Assembly: GCA_964035545.1 (NCBI GenBank)
Contig: OZ037771.1
Coordinates: 8,797,408 to 8,861,407, forward strand
DNA: 64,000 nt
Direction: 5' to 3'
Origin: Bugula neritina
Taxonomy: Eukaryota; Animalia; Bryozoa
Position 1 is the first letter of the stretch; every line of letters starts with the position of its first letter. The notes under the pieces are model-generated. The model worked only from the letters and a program-made list of their open reading frames with translations, was not told the DNA's origin and did not search any database. A program made the translations under genes and the position numbers. This document shows positions 44,895 to 58,188 of this stretch, one piece after another.

Positions 44895-47800
44895 CAGAGT
44901 ATACACATTATACAAATTAATACAATAACATTGTAACAATAGAATGATGATGAGGAGGCCAAACATATTAGCGTGTTGGGTTATAACAGTTATAGGTTGA
45001 ATCGCTACGAAGTATTAGTATTAGGTATTTAGCTGATAGCCTAAGGTCTAAGTCAAATATAAGACGCCATCATCAACATCTCCTTTTCTTTTACAAAAGT
45101 TGATATAAGTTTGAGAATGCAATGAATAGATTATAATATATTAGGTTAATATAGTTTTAGTAGCTAAAGTGTAGATACGGTAAAAGCTTAGTTACTCCAA
45201 CATATAGTCCTGGTATTTCGGTAGCATTTTTCTTTCTCTCAAGTGTGTATGTTCAATTGCTCTAGATTTTTATCAGGGTCAGATCTGTTTAGAGTGTCTT
45301 CTGGTGGACTAGGTGATTGTTCCTCAGTAGAATTGGTTGGTGTAATTACTGGCTGAACATTGGCGGTTGTAGTAAGTTTTTCTCTGGGTAGCTGTTGTAG
45401 GTCTGTTCGAGTTCGTCTGATGTTTCCAGTTTCTTCATTAAGCACCGAGTAAGATCTGTCTGAGAGCATTTCCAGAACTTTGCCTCGGTTCCACTTGTTC
45501 TTCATGTTGGCTGTGTTTCTGATAAGCACAGGTAAACCCGTTGTTAGCGGCATGAGGTCTTTAGCAGATTTGTTGTAGCTCTTCTGCGTGATGAGTTTCT
45601 TTGCAGCCTTTTCTCTGAGAGCGTTTTCATTTTGTGTTTGCTTGGAGATGCTGTGACCAGTAGGCAAAAGTGAGCATGTAGGTCTTCTGGGAATCCGTTC
45701 TACTGGACTTGTGCACATGCCAGCTGTTGGATTGTTTCTAAGTTCCAGTAAGGCCAAAAAAGAATCTTTGGATCTTTGAAATAGTCTCTTTGTAACTTTG
45801 ACTGCTGCTTCCACCTTCCCATTGGATTGTGGGTGTCTTAGAGAACTAGTCGTATGGTGAAAACCCCATTCTTTACGAAACTGTGTAAATTCTGAGGAGG
45901 TGAATTGTGGGCCATTGTCTGAATGGACCACTTCTGAGATTCCAAATCTGGCAAAAGCTTTTTTGCTGGCTTTGATGACAGCTTTTGAAGTTGCTTCCTT
46001 TAATCCTTCGCATTCAAAGAAATAACTGGAGTAGTCCACAATTATCAAGTAGTTTTGTTGTTTGAAGGAGAACAAATCCATTCCGACTTTGCACCATGAG
46101 ATTGCTGGTATATCATGGTGTTGAATGGTTTCTTTCTGTTGACTAGGGGCATCATATGCCCAAGCTACACACTTGATTAATGTGACAGGTGATATCATTT
46201 GACATTTGTGGCCAGTATACACAAGACCGTGCTCTTCGAAGGGTAGCTGCTGTTCCTTGATGGCTGAGATGTAATTTCTTCAGTATGACTGGTCTGTAGG
46301 ATTTTGGAATTACTAATTGAGGTCCTCGATAGATGACTCCATCTAAAGTTGCTCGTTCATCTTTAACATGGTAGAATGCCTGCAAGTCTTCTGGTAGCTC
46401 AGTTGGCTTTACGGGCCATCCTTTGACAATTAACTGTTGGATTGCTTGAAGTACGTGGTCTCCAAGAGTAGCATCTTTGATATCTTGATAGGTAGGGTTA
46501 GACACTGGTAAGTCTTCCTGTGGATTTTTGATGTCTAGATCAGAAAGGAAGGATGATATTTGAAATATCTGATCTACGGGAGTATCTCCTTCCTCGGCTA
46601 TCTCGGTGGCTGACCTTGACAGCATGTCTGCAGTGACCTGTTGTGCTCCCGGTCTATGTTCAACCTTGGCTGGGTATCGCTGAAAAGCTAGCATCATTGC
46701 TTGCAATTGTTTGGGAGCCCGGAGCAAAGACTTTTTGAAAATTGGTATCAGTGGTTTATGGTCGGTGTGTATAGTTATATTAGGATTGCCAAACACATGC
46801 TGATCAAATTTTGTCATTGCAAATACGATGGCTAGTAGTTCAAGCTCAATAAGAGCATAATTTTTTTCACTCTCTGAGAGACTTCTTGATGCGTAAGCCA
46901 CCTTGTATTAGAGCTGCCCCTAATCCTTCAGTAGAGGCATCCACTTGTACAATTACCGGCTTGTTAACCTTGAAGTATTTTAGGGTAACAACTTCCACCG
47001 CCAATTGTTTGAGCTTTTTAAATGCCCTTTCTTGGTCTTCTCCACAGTTGAAATCGACTTTTGTCGTCATAATGAGTCTTCGTAGAGGTTCTGTTTTGGG
47101 CGAACAGTTAGGAATAAACTTTGACAGGTAGTTAATGTGACTTAGGAACCTGCGAACTCCCTCTCCGGGAGTTGGTGTGTTCATGTCCTAGATCGCGCTG
47201 GTTTTCTTAGGGTCTTTCTTCACACCCTCACTTGAAATGATGTGGCCAATGTATTGTAGTTCACTCAAGAAAATTCTGCATTTGTCTTTATTCAGTTTCA
47301 GGTTTGCTTCCCGAGCCCTCCCAAAATAGTTCCTCAAATTGTTGTTGTGATTTAGTTGGGCTTCTTCCATAGTGGCCCCCTTACCATATACAAGGATGTC
47401 GTCAGCCACTATCATGGTTCCGTCTAAGCCTGCAAGAGCGTCTGATAGCCGACGCTGAAATTCCTCTGGGCTTGAAGAAAAGCCAAACAGCATCCGTAAC
47501 CACTTGTATTTTCCGTACGGCGTCCAGAACGTAGTGAGATTACTTGATTCACTGTCCAGCTTGACTTGAAAGAAACTCTCCTTTGCAGCACATAGCGAAA
47601 ACAATTTGGCTCCATCTAATTTTGGCAGTACATCTTCCAATGTGGGCATTGGATAGTGGTTCCTCTTTATGACCTTGTTCAAGTTGGCAGTGTCGATACA
47701 TACTCGGAGCTTTCCATTGGGCTTTCTTTGGGCCAGTGTGTTGCTGATCCAGGTAGTTGGATAGTCTACTTTGGCTATAATCTTGTTGTCGGCCAACGAT

Positions 47801-49692
47801 TCCAGTTTGTTTTTTAGATCCTGTCTCATTGATGAGGCCACTTTTTTGTTAATTGACTGGGTGGGGGACACATTAGGGTCTACTTCAATGTGATATTCTC
47901 CCGGGAGACAACCAACACCCTCAGACATCAACCGATATTCCTGGATGAGCTGATCTACATTTGTGTGTTTAGATGGTGATATGAGGTTTACCCATTTGTT
48001 ATTGATGGATAGCAGACTAAGTTCTAAGCACGTGTCCAAAGAGAGTAGACTCATGTTGCCAGTCTTGACCACATAGAATCGAAATGTTTTGCCTGTTAAT
48101 CTCAGTTCGCAGAGCCCTGTAGTTCTGGTATGAGTGCCATCATAGAATGGAAGGTTGGGTAGTTTCTTTTGACTCAGTGCCGGTGCTCCACAAGCCAGAT
48201 AATATTTTTGATTTAATATGTTGCACAAGGCTCCTGTGTCTAGCTGATATTCTATTTTGGCACGCTTATTCCTAGATCTAGTATCGATGTTGGCGGTGAG
48301 TCGCTTTCCTTTCTTTACTACTTATATGTACATAAGAGATTCTGAATCACTGCTCTCTTCAGAAGCTATGTGTTCAGCAACTGCATTTATTCTGCCGTTT
48401 CTCTTGAATCTGCAGACCGCTCTGAATTAGTGGTTGAATTTCTTGCAGTTACGGCACTGTTTGCCATATGCTGGGCATTTGTGAGGAGGATGAGAATTGC
48501 CATAGTTTCCACAGTTAGATTTAGCAGGATTATTGGCTTCCTTGTCATTTGTGTGTAAGTACTGTTTGACACTTTTGTTTGCTTTAGTGGACTTGTGACC
48601 AAGCGTATGAATTAATTCTCCTTCTGCTTTAATAGCCCTCATATCTCGCTGAGAGCTTTCAGCCAATTTGCACTTAATAATAGCTTTTTCGAGGTCTATG
48701 TTTTCTGACTCCTCGAACAATTTTCTCCGCAGTTGTTCGTCGTTGATGCCAAGAAGTAAGGCCTGCATAAAAAGTCATTGTACATGTCACCAAGGTCACA
48801 TTCTCTGGCAATCCTATGTAAGTTGGTGACATACTCATCTATTGATAGGCATTCCTGTTTTGTCGATAGAAGTTGATGTCTTTTGATTATTTTGTTGAAG
48901 GTCTTTTTACAAAAGTTGTCAAATTTTCCTAGGACATCCTTGTAAACATCTTTAGATTTTCCTTCCCCAAACTTGAAATTTTTGAATATGTCTACACCTC
49001 TTGGTCCAATGGTCCACAGTAGAATGGCTGTTTTTATTTTATCCTTTTTGTCAGGTTTTTCTGCAGCTATTAGATAATAGTCAAACTCTTCTTTGAGGCG
49101 GGACCATTGGGTGGACAACTCTGCACCATCTTGCAGGGGTTTGGACACAAGAAAATTTTGTGCAGTTGCCATGTTTACGATAACTATTTCTTATCTTGTA
49201 TCAGGTATCAGGAACTAGCTGTAGTATAGGTGGCGTTCAGTGTGATAACTATCTCACTCGGGGCACCATGTTTATGTTAAGGAGTATTCCAATGTTTTGT
49301 AATTGTTATTGTAATTGTTTGTGGATAAACATATATTGAGATAAGAAAGTTTGTATTAGTTTCGAGGGGTAGGTAATTTTTAATCGGTCTCATACTATAA
49401 GGCAGAGAATGTACTACAAACACACAATAAAGTAATATTAGTATAAGTAATGCTTAGACACAAAAAGATTATATAACCGAGTACACGTAATTACTATAAC
49501 GTATGCTACAGAGTATACACATAATACAAATTAATATAATAACATTGTAACAATAGAATGATGATGGGGAAGCCAAACATATTAGCGTGTTGGGTTATAA
49601 CAATAATAGGTTGAATCGCTACGGAGTATTAGTATTAAGTATTTAGCTGATAGCCTGAGGTCTAAGTCAATTGTCAGATGCCATCATCAACA
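44892..49692 (-). mobile_element. Gypsy-6: Mag-type LTR retrotransposon, degenerate
   Basis: 5' LTR 49269-49692; truncated 3' LTR 44892-45078; PBS TGGTGCCCCGAGTGAG (elongator tRNA-Met-like); PPT AAAAGAAAAGGAGA; gag CPAYGKQCRNCKKFNH, RT VADD, integrase SDNGPQF. Confidence 0.92.
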
Positions 49693-50359
49693 TCAGTGAA
49701 TCTCATTAAACGCCAAATTCACAACCTTCTGCCAACCTTCGTAATTTCATTAAGTTTACATCAATTGTATCTTCACTTTGGCTACTGTTGTGAAATGGAA
49801 GTCTATTCAGCACAATCCCTGCAGTGCGATGATTACAGTACTCATGAAAACGCTTAATTACATCTTTTAGCTTTCTCTCAGCAACTTCTTCTTCAATTTC
49901 AGTAATTTCTCCGCTAACCCCTAGATTAAATTTCATTTGAGAATAAACTTTACGTACATTTTCACCACCACAATGTCTGAACAAGGCTAATTTACTTTTC
50001 TTTGCGGCTCTTGAGTTAGCAGGTCTATTGTTAGAAAATAATCCTCAAATGACCTAATATAACGGCGCCATTTTTTTGACAAATCTTTTGCCCTTAAATT
50101 CAATTCTCCAGGTGGTAAAATGCCTTCCATTTTTTAACTAACAATCAATATACGCTGCCACCATGTTTTATTCTTTTGATGTCTATTCAATTAGTAGTTA
50201 AAATTGGATTGGTTATCATCTGCAAATTATTTTAATCAAGCTCTAGAATTTTTCAAACAGGAAGTGACTATATTTTCCAAAATAAATATAAATTGATCAG
50301 CTAAAACATTAGGAAAAGGTAACTCCAAGTTTACATAAACTGTGTGAATATTACAAAAG

Positions 50360-51480
50360 ATTTTGCATTCAAGGAAGAAGATCTACTTGCATGGAAAAAT
50401 ATCAAGGAAGCTATCATCGAGAAGACATTATCAAGGTATTACGATCCATTTAAGCTAGCTGCTATAAAATGTGATGCAAATGGTAGTAGACCTGGGGCAG
50501 TGCTACCTCAGAAAAAAAATCAGTCTAATTTGCATCTAGGGCTTTTTCGGATGCAGAGAGTAGAAGGCGTCTCTTAGAACTTGAGTGTATAGCTGTGGTC
50601 ATTCCATGTGGGAGATTTTGTCAATACATTTATGGTAAAGAAGACATCATAATACTCTCAGATCACAGACTATTAGAGTCTATTATTAAAAAGAGAATGG
50701 AGAAATCACTAGTAAGACTCGAAAAGATGTTGCAACGCTATGGATATATATGACTTAAGATATAAGCCAAGAGAAGAGCAAGTAATAACTAATATGCTAT
50801 CAAGAATTGTTAACAGCAGATGCAACTTAAGAAATGATTAACAAAGTGAAGGTTTTCATGAGTGAGATTGATGACAGCAACTCTTCAATACATTAGAAGA
50901 CCCATGAAAAGCACTCATGGAATGGCATGCGACACCTAACTGGGATTTCCCAATTCTTAGTGAGCGGCTATATGACCAGAGGTTAATAACGTTAGTCCCT
51001 GAACCCCAAAAAGCATTAAGTGACGAGGATTTGAACTTGGAACAGAGAGCTAAAGCTAAAAGAGTTAGAAACTAGCAAATAACATAAAAATAACAGAAAC
51101 AAAAGCCAGCTAATAACACTACAACGTGAACAACCAGTGATGGTAAAACAGACCAATGACATAATTGCAAAGTGGTGGCCAGCAACAGGGGTGGAGTTGT
51201 TGAGTGATAGATCCTATATAGTGTAGAATAAAAAGGAGAATTTGGTAAGAAGAAACAGAATAGATTTGCAGAATGCTGCAATCAGTACGCCAACCGTCGA
51301 AAGTCAGCCAAAAGCTATCAGTAGAGAGAGGAAGGGTTTTCAATTAAACAAACTAGGGCTCAGGAAGCCAGAAGCGGTGATGGACTGGAAACCGGGCAGT
51401 TGAAGTACCTGAGAAAAGAACCTCATCAGGACGAGAATTCAAAGCGACTGCATACCTAATGAGAACTGACGGGGAGCTGG
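50360..51480 (+). mobile_element. Highly degenerate Gypsy RNase H/integrase remnant
   Basis: YYDP...KCDANG...GAVL and SDHRLLESI-like pieces; boundaries approximate. Confidence 0.55.
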
Positions 51481-52144
51481 ACAGCTCACATTCCCCTTTT
51501 TTTATTAAGATCCATGACCTTAATCCTGTATATACGCTAGTTATATTACTTTTCAGCCCTTTACATAATTAGATTATTATGCTTGACGACATCTTCATTA
51601 ACTCAAGATTTTAGGGCTAAGACTTTTTACGATCAGCCTGAATTATTACTCTACCTATCAGTTTGAAAAAAATAAGATGTTGGCAAATAAAATTGACTTT
51701 GAACTACGGAAGCCTTGTATTCATTCGCCAAGGTAGTTGACTTCTTCAAGAGATTGCAATCACTAACTACATCAACACAATACTTAAATAGTGAGTTTCT
51801 TATTATAATGTTAAACAACGCCAGTAGCCAAGTGTGGCTGAGCGCTTGGAAGGTCCTGTTTATAAAGACGAGCTTGATGTTGATTTGTCCGTAGGTTTTG
51901 GTGGTGGGACAGCAATGGGTCGTCACGACACCCAACACAGCTGTCTGTAAAGTGTGCAGCACAAAAGAATGCCATAATGTATTTTGATCATAATACAGTT
52001 GCTTGACACTGACGCATAAACATGGTTCAAAGTACAACATAAGAAAGGGGGGGTAGCAAAACATGTCTCACGGCCATCACACTACCAACCCTAAAACATA
52101 TACCAAACAATATCAACTATGTAGCACAAGACCGAAAAAAAATC

Positions 52145-55100
52145 TGTTGTATTTTAGTATAGAGAAATATTTATTGTGGCAGACTGAAATAAAGTAGCAA
52201 TGTGAAAAACGTTGAATCATAAATTATAAGCGTAGTTGCAAGTGTCAAGCAAGTGTAAGGATAAGTGAAAATGTTGGGTTTTTTATACCATTCAAAAATG
52301 TTAGTTTTTATGTAGTAGCTATAATGAATGTAGAAAAAGCATAATATAGCTGGCATAGCTGCGATGCTACACAAAAATCTATAATGCATTAGGGAAAAGC
52401 TTTCCTAACTCATGTAAAGTTCCAACACCTCCCGACTAGCTTAAAGTTCTTCTGAACGTTTGCTTTTAACTGGCTCCAACGTCATGCTGGTCCTCTAGGC
52501 TTGCTACAATTATACACATCACCATTGGGTAATCTAGAGGTCACGTGTTCTATGCGGTGGGGCTGCACATGGAGGATCCTGCTGAGTGTTTTCCTCTCCA
52601 GCTGTAGAAAGGTCTTCTGTTATGCCTATCTCCCCCAGAGGTACGGCATCTTCAGTATTGGTATGTCTTAGAGATGCTTCTTTTAAGCTTGATTTAACTG
52701 GATGAATGTCAACTTTATTTACTTCATCTTTGTTTTGTAGCAGGGCGTGCACCGAAACTCCAAGCTGGCGAATTTTATCTCTGCCAAGTAGGTTGAGGTT
52801 AGGTATTTTGTTGATGAGAAATTGAAGTTTCTTCTCCTGCCAATCTACCAGTTTGGTGCTGAGTTCGCAGGTTCCCAAGATTTCAATATTATGGTGGGTA
52901 GTGGATTCATAATAATATACTTTTGGTGATGGGAGAGTTGGTGATCGTAACGTTTTTTAACTTTCTAATGAAAGGACGTTGTCCTCAGTTCCTGTGTCAA
53001 CTTCTAGGAGTAATGGTTGATTTTAAAGTTGCAAACTCAGCTGAAGTTGTGGAAGTGTGTTTACCCCATTTAAGGCTCTCACAATCTTCAAGGGTTTGTT
53101 GTCTTCATACTTCTTCTTCCAGCATACCCATTCCAGGTGTCCATTGATTTTACAGTAATTACAATAGTGTTCTTGTGTCAGCAGTCACTGGATTGATGGT
53201 TTGATTTACCACAGCGATAGCAAAGATGTTGAATCGGTGATTCTTGTAATGTTGTACTTGAAGTCATCTCTGTTTTATGGTGTAGTTTATAAGAAGCATT
53301 AACTGGTCTATTAACTGTTTCTTTGGCTACCATTGCTGCTTCTTCAATTTCTACTGCAACTTCAATAGCTCGGTTAAAGTGAGGTCTTCATCATTAAGTT
53401 TGAAAAGTGCTTTCAGTATAGCTTCATTGCCCACTAAGCATATATATCTTGTCCTCAGTGTTTTGCCTTGTGGTTCATGGATAGAAGCAAAGTCACAAGT
53501 TGTTGCGTCATGTTGAGTTTTGACCACTATTTCAAGAATTGTCTTTCCTGGTTTTATTTTCATGTGACTCCAAAATCTATAGTTATAAATATTGTCTATC
53601 AAGGGTTCGTTGATCTGTGTCTTTGGTGTCTGGTGCTCTGCCCAATCACTCAACTGCTTGTAAATTGCTGTTGATTAAGTTTTCAAGAATACTTTCGATA
53701 TTTTGTCACTATGATGGAGTTGACTCCAACAAATGTCATAAACCTTTATCTGTAGTCAGTGTAGTTCAGTACTTGGGTTGAATTGGGTAAAACTTGGAAA
53801 GTCAGTTGCTGTTTTTTCCTGCTGACTGAGTGGTAGTTTGATCAGTTCCTGATCTTTGTTATTCTGCACTTGCATCTGCTTTTTCTGTAACTCCATCTGT
53901 TTTTTCTGTTGTTTTAGGCTGCTGAGTTAACAAGGCAATTAGCTAATCTGTAGGTGTAGGCATAATCAGGAATTATTTCTTGTTGATAAATGAAGGAGTC
54001 TCTGATGATACTTAAGAATTGATGGGACCTGTATAGTTGGCTAAAGTATTAAAGAAATCTTTCAAACTAATCCCATCCTCGTCGTCAATCTGTTGTTGTG
54101 TTTTAGTACCTATATAAAATATTTATTGTCGCAGATTGAAAAAAACCTGTACCAATGTGAAAAATGTTACATCATAAGTTATAAGTGTATTTGCAAGTTG
54201 CAAGTTGCAAGTGTCAAGTAAGTGAAGGATAAGCGAAAATGCTGGATTTTTTATACCAGTCAAAAAGGTTAGCTTTTATGTAGTAGCCATAAAGAGTGTG
54301 GAAAAAACATAATGTGTGTCAGCAATCCCTCGTGTGACGAGTATGATGTCTGCTTGCAAGCCCTGGTCTGTGCCGTGATCCGTAATCCGTTTCAGTTCGA
54401 AAATCCGTAAAAATCCTATTAGAGGTTGTGGGTTCTGAGGTGACTCACAGGCCCAATTCAAGATTGGCATAATTTGCCACAGTGAGCACAAATGTTACTA
54501 GAGTCAGTCACTGGTGGGTGTGTAACAGAGCATAACTCCTTGTTTTTCCTCAACAACCGCTTGTGCTCTTGTTTTTGGCGTTGTTGTTGTTCAAAAATCG
54601 CTGTCCCATGAAGCACAGCAGTTCTCCAATTTTTCCTGTCCAAGGCCTGAACTTTCCAGGTCTGTGGTCAAATGAAACCCTGCTTAAGGCTCTCGTGTAG
54701 AGTGTCTTTATACCTTTTCCTCTGACCACCCTGTGAGCGGTTTCCAGTGTTCAGCTCAGAGTACATGATCTTTTTTGGTAGCCGGTTATCATCCATTCTT
54801 ACCACATAGCCAGACCACTTCAGTTGTCTCTTCACAATCATGGTAGTAATACTTGTAGTTTGAGCTTTATCGAGGACACTGTTAGTAGTCTGCCTGTCTT
54901 GCCATTTGACTCCGAGGATTCGCCTGAGACTGCGGTTGTGAAATTTCTCGAGGGACAGCAGGTTGTGGCTGTAGGTTACCCAAGTTTCAGAGGCATAAAG
55001 TAGTGTCGGGAGAACAATGGCTTTGTATACTTTTAGTTTGATCTGTCTGTATATATCCTTGTTGTTGAAAACGCGTGTTTGCAACCTCCCAAATGCGGAG

Positions 55101-58100
55101 CTGGCGGCCTGGAGTCTTCGGTTTATTTCAGCATCAATGTTTGCTTTAGAGGATAGGCAGCTACCTAAATAGTTGAAGGTAGTGACTTGGTCTAATATTT
55201 GGTTTCCCACCTTGAGGGAAAAATCCTCATGCCTTTCAGTATTTGGGTGTGGTAGGTACATTACTTGCGTCTTCTTGGCATTGAGTGTTAGACCAAGAGA
55301 GGTGTATGCTGTATTGAATGTTGTGAGAGCAAGTTGAAGTTCCTCCTCGAAATGAGCCATGATCATGTTATCATCAGCATACTGCAGTTCATGGATAGCC
55401 TCGGTAGCTGTCTTCGTCTTAGCTCTGAGACGTCTGACATTGAAAATATCATTAAATCTATATCTGATCCTTACTCCAGATGGCATACATCCACTCACTA
55501 GTTGAAGTACAGCAGTGAGGAAAATCGAGAACAATGTAGGTGCTATCACACATCCCTGTTTTACTCATGTGTTCACAGGAAACTCCTTAGAGTGGTCTCC
55601 ATCAACTAATACTGATGCCTTTATGTCATCATGTAAGATGCAAATGATGGTAACTAATTTGTCGGGGCATCCAATCTTGCCTAGCACTTTCCACAGCGTT
55701 GGTCTGTGAACTGTGTCAAAGGCTTTCTTTAGATCGATGAATGCCATAAACAGATCACGGTGCTGCTCTAGGCATTTTTCTTGAATCTGCCGAGCAGCAA
55801 AAATCATCCACAGTTCCTTGGTAAGGTCTGAAGCCACATTGACTCTCTGGTAGGCATCTCTCTGTCAATTGGCCAAGTCTAAAACTAACTATTCTCGCCA
55901 GAAGCTTTCCGGCAATGGATAGCAGAGAGATACCCCTATAGTTTCCACAATTGGCTCTGTTACCCTTCTTGTAAAGAGTTACAATATTAGCATCCTTCAG
56001 ATCAGGATGAAGTGATTCTTTTTCTCAAATCAGCTGTAAGAGTTCCAGCAATTTTCTGTTCAGTTCTAGCCCACCACCTTTAAAAATCTCTCCAGGTATT
56101 CCATCCGGTCTGGCAGCTTTTCCTGACTTAGTCATGGATAATGCTTTCTCAAGTTCGTCAATCGTTGGGGGTTCGGCTAGGTGGGTCAGTATTGACAGTT
56201 GTGGCAGACATTCTAAGGTCTTCTCATCCACCATAGTGTCTTGGTTAAGCAGCTCTGAGAAATGTTCAGCCCATCTGCCCTTGATCTCATCTTTCTCCTT
56301 ATGTATTGTGGAACCATCTTTGGAAGCTATTGGCCCACATCCTCCAAGAATTGGGCCATACAATCTCTTCGTAGCGGAAAAGAACTCTTTGCTACTGTTT
56401 GTCTCAGCAAGTCTCTGAAGTTCCTCAGATTTTCAGATCCACCAGTCATTTTTATTGTCCTTATTCTCGCCTGTACTTTCCCTCTCATTTTATGATAATG
56501 CTCCCTTTTTTCCACATTTCTATAGTCTTGGTGCCATAAGCTGAAAGCATGGCGTTTCTCCCTCATGAGCTCGTTTATTTCTTGTTCGTTGTCATCAAAC
56601 CAATCTTCATGTTTTCGTTCTGGTTTACCCGGGGTTGAGTGGCATGTTTTCAAGATCGAATCTCTCAGAACTTCCCAGCTGCCATGAGTAGAATTTATGT
56701 CAATATCTTGAATATTCTCTGTGAGGTCACTTTGGAAGCTCTGCTTTATTTCTGGCTGGTTGAGCAGCGATAGATTTATTTTTGTCTGCTTTCTTTTCCT
56801 GTTCATTTGTTTGGGATGAATACATATGTTCATCTTTGCCAGAATCAGTCGATGGTCTGTCCAGCAAGCATCAAATAGGTCCATAGCTCGGGTTATACGC
56901 ACATCCTGCACATCCCATTGTTTGACAATGATGTAGTCGATAAGGTGCCAGTGGCCAGATCTGGGATGTCTCCATGAGGTCTTGCGTCGGTCTTTCTGTC
57001 TAAAAAGAATGTTTGTGATTGCCAAGGAGTGTTCAGCACATTTGGTGAGCAGCAATTCCCTATTGCTATTTAGCTTCCCAGTCCCATCTTTACCAATTAT
57101 CTTTTTCCACACATGGTGATCTTTTCCAACCCGAGCATTAAAATCTCCAAGGACTATGATTTTCGCACTCTTGGGGATCCCTGATAAAACCATATCTAGA
57201 TTGGAGTAGAACTGCTCCTTTTCCTGATGATCAGCAAGCAATGTCGGCGCATATGCTGAGATCAATGTTGCTTTCCTGTTGCGGCGTAGGTTTAGTTGGA
57301 GAGTCATCATCCTGTCGTTGATTCCCACCGGTAGCTAGTCGAGTTTCCTCACAACCTCATTCTTGATAGCAAAACCAACCCCATGAACTCTCTGTTCATC
57401 AGCTGGTTTCCCTTTCCAGAAAAAAGTGTACCCACCACCAATTTCCGTGAGCTGCCCTTCATCAGCTAAGCGAGTTTCCTGAAGGGCTGCTATGTCTACA
57501 TTTAGTCTTCTGAGTTTACGAGCTATGAAAGCCGTTCTTCTCTCAGGTCTGTTTGATTTATCATTGTCCATCATTGTCCGTACATTCCAGGTTGCTCTGT
57601 TCATTTGTATTTTCTGACCGCAAAGAGGTGAACCTGCTGGACGCGGTAATCCAGCCAGGTTGAGTTGGGAGCAGACTATGTTTGGGGCACCTTTTCTAGC
57701 CCTCTCCTCTGATTGAGGTGAGCAGAGTGGGTCCTAAAAAGGACTGCTCAGTCATAGAGATTACTACCGAACAACCATACTGCTCCCTGTCCTAAGTTGA
57801 GCGACTGATAAATCTCTACCGCCTACGTGCTGGTTTGTAACTGGAAACTTCCAGGCTTCACTTCCCTGTTCCCGTCGCTACGCCTCAATTGTCGCAGGGC
57901 TTGAGGAGGGTTGCAAGCAAAAGCTGTGCGTGGTATAGAGCATTGTCGCACAAAACGATACTCTCTAAGCTTGGCTAGGCATGTATGGATCCAGTGGCAA
58001 GGGAGCCTCGACGACTGGAAAACATGCCTAGTTGCAGTGAATGGCCGTTGATTCGTGGTATTCATTCGCCCTTTCAGTTTCCTGATGAGTATTTACAGGA

Positions 58101-58188
58101 AAAAACATAATATAGCTGGCATAGCTGTGCTGCTGCATGAAAAGCTATAATGTTTTAGGAGAAAGCTTTCTTAACTTATGTAAATTCA
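52145..58188 (-). mobile_element. Gypsy-8: internally deleted element (3' LTR 52145-52427; 5' LTR about 54094-54313 plus 58098-58188, split by the RTE)
   Basis: Homologous LTRs; PBS like TGGCGACGAGGATGGGA (tRNA-Ser); gag and protease (LEVDTG, NLLGRD) remnants; RT absent. Confidence 0.8.
54314..58097 (-). mobile_element. Full-length RTE-clade non-LTR retrotransposon (APE plus RT, with stops and frameshifts)
   Basis: 14-bp TSD GGAAAAAACATAAT (54300-54313, 58098-58111); ATWNVRT, IAALQETRL, LGDFNARVG, TDHRL, FIDLKKAFD, LQYADD; C-terminal CAHC finger. Confidence 0.95.

Larger units (their letters stand above)
33650..50358 (-). mobile_element. Gypsy-7: old Mag-type element split by nested insertions (3' LTR about 33650-33826, pol about 34500-36960, gag 49693-50130, 5' LTR 50164-50358)
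   Basis: The two LTRs are recognisably homologous; PPT AAAGAGGGGA; PBS TGGTGGCAGCG; HGIPEILLSDNGPQY, ITDASSAGL, YAPIEKESLA remnants. Confidence 0.8.

Noticed and set aside
51651-52064. 137-aa minus-strand ORF or a further host exon
   Set aside because: Overlaps an LTR fragment, has no recognisable domain, and is on the wrong strand for the Ig gene.
58082-58105. Hammerhead-like CTGATGA...GAAA
   Set aside because: Stem II is too weak, the GAAA comes from the target-site duplication, and it is antisense to the RTE.
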